32,000 nt of DNA from Methanothermobacter marburgensis str. Marburg (GCF_000145295.1 NC_014408.1:840001-872000); one strand, 5' to 3'; shown: positions 8,589 through 16,359, counted from the stretch's first letter. Program-made: numbers and translations. The notes: generated by a model not told the origin, from the letters alone.

Positions 8589-8705
8589 ACCCTGAAAGAG
8601 ACCATCCACAACCAGTGCCAGAGAAACCCTGAAAAAACGGGAGATCGGCATGAATGGATGACGAAACCGAGAAATTAATATACTCTTTTTTACATATATT
8701 ACACT

Positions 8706-8897
8706 GTGGTTCTGATGATACACTACAGAATGGATCAGCCAGATAGGGTGAGGTGCAGTGTCTGCGGTGGACTTGCAGATGAGGTTGAGGAGACATACCC
8801 TGAATCAGGGAACTTCATCCTGGTGATCTACAGGTGCCGCGACTGTGGCCATCTCGAGAAACGCCAGTACGGTAAACCCGTGAAGATTATTGATTGA
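8706..8897 (+). CDS. Small zinc-ribbon protein
   Basis: The two Cys pairs CSVCGG...CRDCGH are about 30 aa apart. A TTAATATA box at ~8677-8684 suggests a near-leaderless transcript. The start is uncertain (GTG 8706, ATG 8715 or ATG 8730). Confidence 0.55.
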   Translation: MVLMIHYRMDQPDRVRCSVCGGLADEVEETYPESGNFILVIYRCRDCGHLEKRQYGKPVKIID

Positions 8898-8906
8898 GGT
8901 GATCTT

Positions 8907-9596
8907 GTGGTTGATGTATGCGCTGCGAATGGATATGATGAGATATCAGAAAAACTGAAGACCCTGCTTGGACTTGAAAAGTCCCCGGTGGCTATAAAAC
9001 TCGTTCTAAGGGAGGATGACCTTCCTGAGGGCGTTGAAAAAATAGAGAAACCTGCAAGGCACTGTGAAATGGTCCAGATGGCCGCTGCAGGAAAATCCTT
9101 CTATGCAACGGCAGAGGCCCAGGCATGCAAGGGTGGTGCAGATGCCCTTGGAATAGACGAGGCGCCAGAGAAGGTCAAAACAGGGGAGTTCTACTACAAC
9201 CTTGGCCGCTTTGCAAGTTTTGCATCCGCCAAGAGGACCTTTGATGAGATACCATCCGTTGACCTCAGGTTCTACGCCGCAGTATACGCACCCCTCGAGG
9301 ATGCAACCTTTGACCCTGACGTCATAGTCATCATCTGCAACCCTGCCCAGGCAATGAAGATCTCACAGGCCCTCGTCTACACCCTGGGTGGCCGCGTTGA
9401 GGCAGACTTCTCAGGTATACAGTCACTCTGTGCAGACGCAGTTGCAGGCCCCTACATGAGGAAGAAGGCAAACATAACCATGGGGTGCAGCGGTTCAAGG
9501 CAGTACGCCGGTGTAAGGGATGATGAACTCATCGTGGGGCTCAACGGTGAGAACATAGGGTGTGTTGTCAACGCTCTTGAGGCAATAAGCCAGTAG
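8907..9596 (+). CDS. DUF169-family protein
   Basis: A GGTGA SD is 5 nt upstream of GTG 8907. The sequence pattern LLGLEKSPVAIKLV...PARHCEMVQMAAAGKSFYATAEAQACKGGADALGI is typical of DUF169. Confidence 0.85.
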   Translation: MVDVCAANGYDEISEKLKTLLGLEKSPVAIKLVLREDDLPEGVEKIEKPARHCEMVQMAAAGKSFYATAEAQACKGGADALGIDEAPEKVKTGEFYYNLGRFASFASAKRTFDEIPSVDLRFYAAVYAPLEDATFDPDVIVIICNPAQAMKISQALVYTLGGRVEADFSGIQSLCADAVAGPYMRKKANITMGCSGSRQYAGVRDDELIVGLNGENIGCVVNALEAISQ

Positions 9597-9618
9597 ACAC
9601 AACCTATAAAACCGTGGG

Positions 9619-9837
9619 GTGATGATTGTGGTTGAGACAAAGACCTTCAGGATCCTCGAGGATGTTGCTGACCTCGAGGAGAAGATAAAAAAGTATGAGA
9701 GTGAGGCAGACCAGGAACTTGTTATAAACTGGATCTATGACACCCTCGAGATCCTCAGGAGTGTGGGTAATCTCCTTGAGGAGATTGAGGATAGGCTGGA
9801 TCTTCTTGAAGAGGAGACCGAGGAAAAAGAATTCTAG
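9619..9837 (+). CDS. Small acidic coiled-coil protein, function unknown
   Basis: The protein is Glu/Leu-rich with a heptad-like sequence (LEEKIKKYESEADQEL...LLEEIEDRLDLLEEETEEKEF). A GGGGTGA SD precedes it. The start is ambiguous among GTG 9619, ATG 9622 and GTG 9628. Confidence 0.5.
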   Translation: MMIVVETKTFRILEDVADLEEKIKKYESEADQELVINWIYDTLEILRSVGNLLEEIEDRLDLLEEETEEKEF

Positions 9838-9839
9838 GC

Positions 9840-9887
9840 GCAGGGTCCCCCCTATTTTTTCTTTTAAAGAATAGTTCCAGACCCTGC
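9840..9887. terminator. Nested hairpin with an internal T-run between convergent genes (candidate bidirectional terminator)
   Basis: GCAGGGTC (9840-9847) pairs with GACCCTGC (9880-9887) as a perfect 8-bp inverted repeat. The inner arms CTATT (9851-9855) and AATAG (9870-9874) flank TTTTCTTTTAAAG. Confidence 0.5.
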
Positions 9888-9892
9888 TACAC

Positions 9893-10549
9893 CTATTTCC
9901 TTTTAACTCCAAAATATTCCCTTATTCTGAGGTAATCACTGTAGTGGTTTATATTTACAAGTTCAATGGGGTCTGATGCCTCAACACCGTACAGCCTGAT
10001 GCCATCATCCACCATCAAACGGAGCAGAGGATTTATATTTCCATCACCCATTGGAAGGTACCTTTTAAGGAGCTCTGAGCTCGCTGCAAGGGGCATCCCG
10101 AGGCCCTCGGCGCTATCAAGCCAGCCACTCATTCCCCTTGCAAGTACCGAAACCGTCTCAGAATCAGCGTGTTCACTGATCCTCCCCATGGTCTCAGGGG
10201 ATACTGCAGGCTGGTCTCCGGCGATACAGAGTATGATTTCGCCGGAAGCAGATAGAACACCATTGAGAAGTGATGCCGAGAGTGGAACATCCGCAGGATC
10301 GTTCCTCACAATCTCAACATCCAGACCTGATATCGCAGCCTCCACCTCCTCTGCGTGGTGGCCTGTTACAATGATGCACTCATCCACACCAGCCCTGAGC
10401 ACGGAATCCAGAGTTTTCTCTATTACAGTAACTGAGTTGAGGGGGAGCAGTAATTTGTGGACAGGCTCAAGGCCGAGTTCCTGCATGTCCCTGCACATAC
10501 GGCTACCCCTCCCTGCCGCCGTAACAACAGCTGAGATCAACTCCACCAC
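9893..10549 (-). CDS. MobA-like (NTP_transf_3 type) nucleotidyltransferase
   Basis: The N-terminal VVTAAGRGSRM nucleotide-binding loop and CIAGDQP motif are typical of MobA/MocA-like NTP transferases. The GTG start directly abuts the TAG stop of the upstream gene (10550-10552). Confidence 0.8.
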   Translation of the reverse strand: MVELISAVVTAAGRGSRMCRDMQELGLEPVHKLLLPLNSVTVIEKTLDSVLRAGVDECIIVTGHHAEEVEAAISGLDVEIVRNDPADVPLSASLLNGVLSASGEIILCIAGDQPAVSPETMGRISEHADSETVSVLARGMSGWLDSAEGLGMPLAASSELLKRYLPMGDGNINPLLRLMVDDGIRLYGVEASDPIELVNINHYSDYLRIREYFGVKRK

Positions 10550-11737
10550 CTATGCCGGTTCAAGTCTGTAGATTCTGGCGTATATGGTTGTACCTGCACC
10601 TGAACCCGTCGTCCACATCTCAATGAGTACCGGGTACCTTCCCGTATTTCTGACCTTTATCCCGGTCGCCGGGTTGAATCCGAATAGAACCGCATGGAAC
10701 TCCCAGGTCATTCCCCTGGGGAGTGGCATCCCTGCGTCAGTTACAACGGCCCTGAGGGCCCTTGCAGGTGGACATGAGCCGTGGGACGCGTATCCACCTG
10801 GGGCCTTGGGGTCCCTTGATGCAGTGAACCTGACGGTCTCCTTACCTGAACCCTCACTTCCCGGTGGAATCACAGTGCCATTCCATGCCGCCGCGAATGC
10901 CCTTGCATTGAAGGCCCTCTTGTTATCATCATACTGGGGATATGAGCCCAGGTAGCTCACTGCAGATGATACCAGGACCTTCCTGTAGCCCCCCGTGTAC
11001 ACCATGACAGGCGACCCTGAGGGGTAGTTCTCCATGTACTCAAGGACATCCTTGCCAAAGAGTTCCTCTATCCTCGCTGGTGAAACAGGGAGCCTGCCAT
11101 CGCTGAAGTTGGAGAGCTGGTAGTCCAGAACTATCTCGTCACCATCATCAGCCCTTCTGAACCACCTCTTTATCCTGTTAACTGATTTGTACCTGTGGGG
11201 GACGGTGCTGTTGCTTATACTATCTGCAGGGACAAATCTAACCTTCCTTCCGTTCTCAATGATATCCATACCATTGCTTCTCTTGACCCCATAGGTGTAG
11301 GGTGTCTTGTAGGCCCAGAGGAAGACCGGTGGCTCCTGAACCACCAGTTTACCCCCTGAAACCCTCAGTACCCCAGGACCGTCCACAGTGGATCTTCCTG
11401 AGGGGTCCATCCCGGAGGTCATCTCGGATATCGGGACATGCACGGCCCCTGTGAGGACCGCTTGGAGGAGGTTCCCGGGGTCCATGTAGTTGAATTCATC
11501 AAGTATGTAGTCCGGGTGGAGTATGAGAGGGACGCTCCTCACCCGGGACTCATCGATGACATCCTGGCCCTTCAGTACCGTGCTTCCAGGCTCAAGGGCA
11601 GCTATCTCCACTGGATCTTGGGGTTCAACACTCCCCTCAATGTATGCACCTGATGCTGTTATGATGGCTGCCACAATAACCAGAAAAATGATGTGCTTAC
11701 CTGATATAATCCTCTGCATATCTGAATCCCCCCTCAC
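10550..11737 (-). CDS. N-terminally membrane-anchored exported protein with a VanW-like C-terminal domain carrying an SHGSC motif
   Basis: The TM helix is HIIFLVIVAAIITASGAYI. The C-terminal WNGTVIPPGSEGS...GGYASHGSCPPARALRAVVTDAGMPL...EFHAV...IKVRNTGRYPVLIEMWTT...TIYARIY parallels, from memory, the VanW-family pattern (PGE-FS ... GGG-C-Q-S-LY-A-AG ... H ... F-N-t-pi-I). The likely start is ATG 11719, after a GAGGGGGG SD. The gene overlaps the ligase gene's 3' end. Confidence 0.8.
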   Translation of the reverse strand: MRGDSDMQRIISGKHIIFLVIVAAIITASGAYIEGSVEPQDPVEIAALEPGSTVLKGQDVIDESRVRSVPLILHPDYILDEFNYMDPGNLLQAVLTGAVHVPISEMTSGMDPSGRSTVDGPGVLRVSGGKLVVQEPPVFLWAYKTPYTYGVKRSNGMDIIENGRKVRFVPADSISNSTVPHRYKSVNRIKRWFRRADDGDEIVLDYQLSNFSDGRLPVSPARIEELFGKDVLEYMENYPSGSPVMVYTGGYRKVLVSSAVSYLGSYPQYDDNKRAFNARAFAAAWNGTVIPPGSEGSGKETVRFTASRDPKAPGGYASHGSCPPARALRAVVTDAGMPLPRGMTWEFHAVLFGFNPATGIKVRNTGRYPVLIEMWTTGSGAGTTIYARIYRLEPA

Positions 11738-14714
11738 CGATTATGAGTACGGTGTCATCTGGTTCTGCAATTTCAAGGGCCTTACTGACGGCCTCCTCAA
11801 CCTGTTCACGGCTCGCTCCAAGGGTCCCAGCACCAGCACGTTTTCTGCTGGATTCTATATGGACCACCCTCTTACTCAGGATACTGGAGGCTCTCCTTGC
11901 AGCATAGGAGGCCGGTATAACGGTGTCGGCATCCTTCAGGAGCGATGCGATTTCCAGGTCCCCATCGATTCCACTCTCAGATGCCACGGTGTTTACGACT
12001 ATCAGCCTTCCATCGGTACCTTTAAGTTCCTGCATCACCGCCCTCACGCCGGCCGGGTTGTGGGCGTAGTCAAGTATGACCCGTGGTGAGTCCATCAGCT
12101 TCTGGAACCTTCCCCTCACACCACTGAATGACTCAATTCCCCTCACTATATCATCCATGTCCACGCCAAGTGACCATGCAGCGGCAGCGGCTGCCAGTGC
12201 ATTGTAGACATTGAAGATCCCTGGTGTCCTGAGTTTCACATTCCTCATCTCGGAGCCTATCACCAGTTTGAATCCATCTGCAGATGCCTCCAGTGCCATA
12301 ACCTCAGGCTGGGGTCTCCGGTAGCCGCAGACACACTGGTAGTCCCCCAGGTGCCCCATGGTCCTGCGAGTATATTTGAGGTTGTTGCCACATTTGGGGC
12401 ATTCCCTCCCCTCTGGCATGACCGGGGCCGACTCCATACTCTGGATACCGTAGAGCACCGCTCTCTCCTCCCTCAGTCCCTCTGCGAATGATGCGACGAT
12501 GGGGTCATCGGCGTTGAGTACTATGACCTCTGCTGTATCAATGATCTCCCTCTTGCATTCAATGTAATCAGAGAACCTCCTTCCACCTGAAAGGTGGTCC
12601 CTTGATATGTTGGTTATGACGCCCACTGAGACCCCTGAGAGAAGGGCTGATTGCCTTATCTCACCCCTCCGCCCGAATGTCCCTATCTCAACCACCGCCA
12701 CGTCCCCAGGGAGTCTTGCCTGAAGGGCCGGTACCAGTTCGGTGTTGCCCTGTATGCTGAGGTGGTGCTCTGGCACAGTCTTTCCAGCAGCCCTAATTAT
12801 GGATTTGAGAATACCGGTGGTCGTGGTCTTTCCATTGGTCCCTGTAACTCCAACCACCGGTTTCTCAACAGGACACATATTCAGGACGTCCTCAACACCT
12901 ATCACATCAGCGTCAAGTCCACTGATAAGGTCAAGAACCCTTCTGTTATTCTCGAGGGCCGGTGTGATGGCTATGGTGCCAGCGCGCCTGAGGACATCCA
13001 TGCTGTGACCCCCAAGGTCAAGTTCTATTCCCTCCTCCCTGAAGACATCCTCGAGGGGTGTGCTTTCCTTCAGATCCGAGACAATTACCCGGTAACCCCT
13101 GGCCCTGAGGTTCCTTGCCATGAGGCTCCCCACATTTCCGCAGCCTCCAAGAACAACTATGGAGTCCCTCATTGACTCTATGGCCCTCTCAATATCATCC
13201 CTCACATTATCATAGGCGTTGACAACCCCTGGGCCCAGGTGTAGTACAGTATCCCCCTTTTCTGCGATTTCAAGCGCCCTCCTTATGCTATCATATACAC
13301 TCTCGGTCTTTATGGTTTTATCCCTGCCGGCACCCCCTTCAACCTCAGAGGCCGCTTCCATGTCAATCTTACCTGTTGTCTCATTCTTGCCGCTCACAAT
13401 TAATACATCAGCTCTTTCACCCAGTATCTGGCCTATCCTGTATTTGTCCCTCACTGTGAGGGTGTCAGGGTTGTCCAGGCTTATTATCAGCCTTCCCTTG
13501 AATTCAATGCCCTCAAAGAGTTTCTCCATGCTCTCAGGGTTGTGGGCTGCGTCCATATAAACAGGCACACCATCAACCTGATCTATGAATTCGAATCTAC
13601 CCTTTATACCCCTAAATTCCTCTAATGCATTTTTAATATCCCTAATGTCAAATCCGAGTACCAGTGCAACGGTTATGGCTGCAAGGGCGTTCTCCACATT
13701 GAAGAGACCCGGTACCCTGAGTTTTATCCTCTCTGTAAGGGGCCCGATATGGATCACACCATCATGTTCCCCACAGTTTAAAGATCCGCACATGCTGCAG
13801 AGGGCAGTCGGTATCTCTGAGACCTTCAGTGTGAACTCTGAGCCCTCAAGACCCATGAGGTCTATGTCTGTTGCGCTGACCTGTGGTTCTGCCGAGCCAC
13901 TGAAGGTTCTGTCCATGAACTCAACTTTCCTTTCATTTCCCAGACCATAGACAACACTTTTAACCTCAAGGTCATCCAGGAGCCCTGCGATTACCGGGTC
14001 ATCTCCACAGAGTACCAGAACACCCTCCGGGGCTATGAGGTTCTTTATTGAGAAGTTTCTCTCAATGTATTCGTCGTAGTCCCTGAACTCATCCATGTGG
14101 TCTGGTGTGAGGTTTGTCACAACACCAGCCACTATTTCAAGGCCATCAGCCATCCTTATGGTCCCATGTGGGAGTTCAAACACGGCCATGTCCCTGTTAC
14201 TCACATCACCATTCACCACAAGTTCAACGAGTCCCTCAATGACCAGTGAGTCCTGGATCGATGAGAATGACACCGTCCTGTAGCGTGAGGAAAGTATGTG
14301 GTCTATCATGTTGGTGGTTGTTGTCTTTCCGTCTGTCCCTGCAACTCCCACCATGGGGATGCCTATGAGCTGGTTCAGGACCCTCCCGATATCTGATGTT
14401 GTTATGTGAATAAGATCCTTCTCCACACTCTCCAGCATCCCCCGTACCGGTGCATCAGAGGGGATGCTGGGTGATACGAAGACGGCGTCGGCCCAGAGCA
14501 TGTCCTCAATCCTGTGACCCCCTAACCTGAACCTTACACCCTCCCTTTTCATTTCATCTATTCTCTTCCTGGCCTTGGGGGGCAGTTCATCCAGTTCCCT
14601 GAGGTCATTCACAAGCACACTGTTCCCAAGGTGTCTCAGCAATCTTGCGGCGGGTCTGCCAGCGTTTCCAGCTCCAAGCACAAGCACTTTCATGTTCCTG
14701 ATCAATTTATGCAC
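11697..14714 (-). CDS. Tandem fusion of two complete Mur-ligase-family modules (MurD/MurT-like); candidate pseudomurein peptide ligase
   Basis: Module 1 has MKVLVLGAGNAG (Rossmann), VGVAGTDGKTTTT (P-loop), CSMCGSLNCGEH and YMDAAHNPES. Module 2 has IVVLGGCGNVG, VGVTGTNGKTTTT, CPKCGNN...YQCVCG (Cys4 ribbon) and ILDYAHNPAG. The alternative start ATG 14693 (MKVLVLG) is likely. Confidence 0.9.
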   Translation of the reverse strand: MHKLIRNMKVLVLGAGNAGRPAARLLRHLGNSVLVNDLRELDELPPKARKRIDEMKREGVRFRLGGHRIEDMLWADAVFVSPSIPSDAPVRGMLESVEKDLIHITTSDIGRVLNQLIGIPMVGVAGTDGKTTTTNMIDHILSSRYRTVSFSSIQDSLVIEGLVELVVNGDVSNRDMAVFELPHGTIRMADGLEIVAGVVTNLTPDHMDEFRDYDEYIERNFSIKNLIAPEGVLVLCGDDPVIAGLLDDLEVKSVVYGLGNERKVEFMDRTFSGSAEPQVSATDIDLMGLEGSEFTLKVSEIPTALCSMCGSLNCGEHDGVIHIGPLTERIKLRVPGLFNVENALAAITVALVLGFDIRDIKNALEEFRGIKGRFEFIDQVDGVPVYMDAAHNPESMEKLFEGIEFKGRLIISLDNPDTLTVRDKYRIGQILGERADVLIVSGKNETTGKIDMEAASEVEGGAGRDKTIKTESVYDSIRRALEIAEKGDTVLHLGPGVVNAYDNVRDDIERAIESMRDSIVVLGGCGNVGSLMARNLRARGYRVIVSDLKESTPLEDVFREEGIELDLGGHSMDVLRRAGTIAITPALENNRRVLDLISGLDADVIGVEDVLNMCPVEKPVVGVTGTNGKTTTTGILKSIIRAAGKTVPEHHLSIQGNTELVPALQARLPGDVAVVEIGTFGRRGEIRQSALLSGVSVGVITNISRDHLSGGRRFSDYIECKREIIDTAEVIVLNADDPIVASFAEGLREERAVLYGIQSMESAPVMPEGRECPKCGNNLKYTRRTMGHLGDYQCVCGYRRPQPEVMALEASADGFKLVIGSEMRNVKLRTPGIFNVYNALAAAAAAWSLGVDMDDIVRGIESFSGVRGRFQKLMDSPRVILDYAHNPAGVRAVMQELKGTDGRLIVVNTVASESGIDGDLEIASLLKDADTVIPASYAARRASSILSKRVVHIESSRKRAGAGTLGASREQVEEAVSKALEIAEPDDTVLIIGEGGFRYAEDYIR

Positions 14715-14860
14715 CCATAGATCTCTTTTAAGTTAAAAGTATTCATGGTCATGAAGTAATAGTTATTATCAATCCAGATTTTCCCGGATGCTAAAGAAAT
14801 ATGCTGTCCAGTTATTAATTATGGGTTATTCATATATACCACTTACGCAGGTGATGCTGT

Positions 14861-16072
14861 TCATTCACAGGAGGAGATCTCCTCGAGTTTTTCCTGGACC
14901 CTGATTATCCTGTCCTGACCGTTTCCACCCACGAAGATCCTCCTGTATTTCCTGGAAAACTCAAGGACCATACCGGGGATTTCATCAGGGTCATCAACCG
15001 TTATGACCTCTGATGGGATTTCAAGGCCCTCAAGGTATTCCATTACCATGTCAACCGTGTCCTCAAGGCCAGGGAATATCACAAGGACCTCCGGTGGTGA
15101 CTCTGCAACCTCATCAAGGATACGGAGGCGCCACTCCTCTGACCTCCTGGGGGTCCCGATGAACATGACATCGAATTCTGATTCTGAGAGTACTGCCCTC
15201 AGGGCATGGGGGTTGTCGGTTTTACCTGCCACAACATATGCTCCGTTAATGATGAAGGACCTTATACGGCCCCTCACAGGCTCGAAACCGGCAAGCCCTT
15301 CCCTTATGATATACTCTGGAACCCCAAGATACCTGAGGGCCTCTGATGCGGCCCCTGCGTTCAGTCTGTTGAATCCACCCTCAACCCTCAGGGGCCCGGT
15401 GTACTCACTGTAGGTCCTGAGAAGCCGGGGAGCCTCCCTGAGTTCTCCATCTGACTCCGCGGGGCCGACTACAGCATCCCTTCCCTTCAGAAATTCTGCC
15501 ACCATCCGCCTGTAGTTCTCCATTGACCCGTGGAAGTCCATGTGGTCCTCGCCAAGGTTTGTGAGGACCACGAGGTCAATATCAAAGCACTCTGATGCGA
15601 ATTCCAGGGTCATATCGCAGACCTCCACCACCAGGTAGTCGAATTCCTCCTCAGATGCCCTTAAAAAGAGTTCTGTGTAACCCTCAAATCCGCCGCCAGC
15701 ATTTCCGCCAAGAAGCACCCTTTCACCTGCACATTCAAGTACATGTGCCATCATTGTGGCTGTTGTGGTCTTTCCATTGGTCCCTGTGACCACAATGGTT
15801 TTGGGCTTCCTGTGGCCCTCAAGGACCCTGCAGAGGAGTTTATCCCTGAACCGCTCCATGAATTCAGTTTTTATCATTGATGGGCTGATTACAACCGCAT
15901 CTGCAGCCCCTATCTTTTCCGTGTCATGAAAGCCAAGGTCAAGGTCAACTCCCTCAGGTTTTGCAGGGATTTCGCGCCGTATGTCACTTGCATATACGCT
16001 GTGACCCCTTCTCTTCAGTGACTCAACTGCCCTTAAACCCTCAGCTCCAAGTCCCAGCACCGCAACCCTCAT
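14861..16072 (-). CDS. MurD-like Mur-ligase-family protein; candidate pseudomurein peptide ligase
   Basis: A GGTGA SD lies 4 nt before the ATG. Motifs are MRVAVLGLGAEG (Rossmann), VVTGTNGKTTTATMM (P-loop) and a C-terminal domain with GKTDNPHALRAV, a variant of the DxAHNP motif. Confidence 0.9.
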   Translation of the reverse strand: MRVAVLGLGAEGLRAVESLKRRGHSVYASDIRREIPAKPEGVDLDLGFHDTEKIGAADAVVISPSMIKTEFMERFRDKLLCRVLEGHRKPKTIVVTGTNGKTTTATMMAHVLECAGERVLLGGNAGGGFEGYTELFLRASEEEFDYLVVEVCDMTLEFASECFDIDLVVLTNLGEDHMDFHGSMENYRRMVAEFLKGRDAVVGPAESDGELREAPRLLRTYSEYTGPLRVEGGFNRLNAGAASEALRYLGVPEYIIREGLAGFEPVRGRIRSFIINGAYVVAGKTDNPHALRAVLSESEFDVMFIGTPRRSEEWRLRILDEVAESPPEVLVIFPGLEDTVDMVMEYLEGLEIPSEVITVDDPDEIPGMVLEFSRKYRRIFVGGNGQDRIIRVQEKLEEISSCE

Positions 16073-16092
16073 TGCTTCACCGATATTAACTG

Positions 16093-16341
16093 TTAATCGT
16101 CTCCTGAATCCTCATCATCAGAAACCCCATATTCCTCCTTGAGCTGGGCTATTATATCCTCGTTCTTTGAAACCTCTGGTCTGAGAGGTTTTTCCTCTTC
16201 CTCCCTGGACCTCTTACGTTTACCTATAAATACAATCAGCAGGATGATCGCTACAACCGCAAGGATCACAGCCACCGCAGTTAATATAACCTCCAAGCTC
16301 ACAGGCGGAGTTTCAGAAGCTGCCCCGGGTCCCATTACCAC
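16093..16341 (-). CDS. Small single-pass membrane protein with a strongly charged, acidic cytoplasmic tail
   Basis: The TM helix is LEVILTAVAVILAVVAIILLIVFI, followed by GKRKRSREEEEK and ...GVSDDEDSGDD. The stop is 20 nt upstream of the ligase ATG. The start is ambiguous (GTG 16341 or ATG 16335). Confidence 0.6.
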   Translation of the reverse strand: MVMGPGAASETPPVSLEVILTAVAVILAVVAIILLIVFIGKRKRSREEEEKPLRPEVSKNEDIIAQLKEEYGVSDDEDSGDD

Positions 16342-16349
16342 ACCTCAGT

Positions 16350-16359
16350 TTTATATAAA
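16350..16359. promoter_or_regulatory. Palindromic TATA element (TTTATATAAA) readable as TTTATATA on both strands
   Basis: It lies between the divergent genes at 16341 (-) and 16413/16517 (+). On the plus strand it sits about 50 nt upstream of the SD GAGGTG (16399-16404). A second AT box, ATATATAT (~16370-16377), could serve the minus-strand operon. Confidence 0.35.

Noticed and set aside
9966-10571. A 201-aa plus-strand ORF, together with similar ORFs at 10584-10955, 11523-12089, 12651-13175, 13219-13560, 13585-13950 and 15003-15413.
   Set aside because: All are antisense shadows of the Mur-ligase operon genes. They are Ser/Pro/Thr-rich with no motifs, whereas the minus-strand frames carry clear P-loop, Rossmann and other signatures.
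14715-14860. The 146-nt gap between the two ligase genes, as a possible ncRNA or mobile remnant.
   Set aside because: It is AT-rich with TATA-like boxes (rc TATATATG, TTTTAACTTAAAAG) and no stable structure. An internal promoter is the most economical reading.
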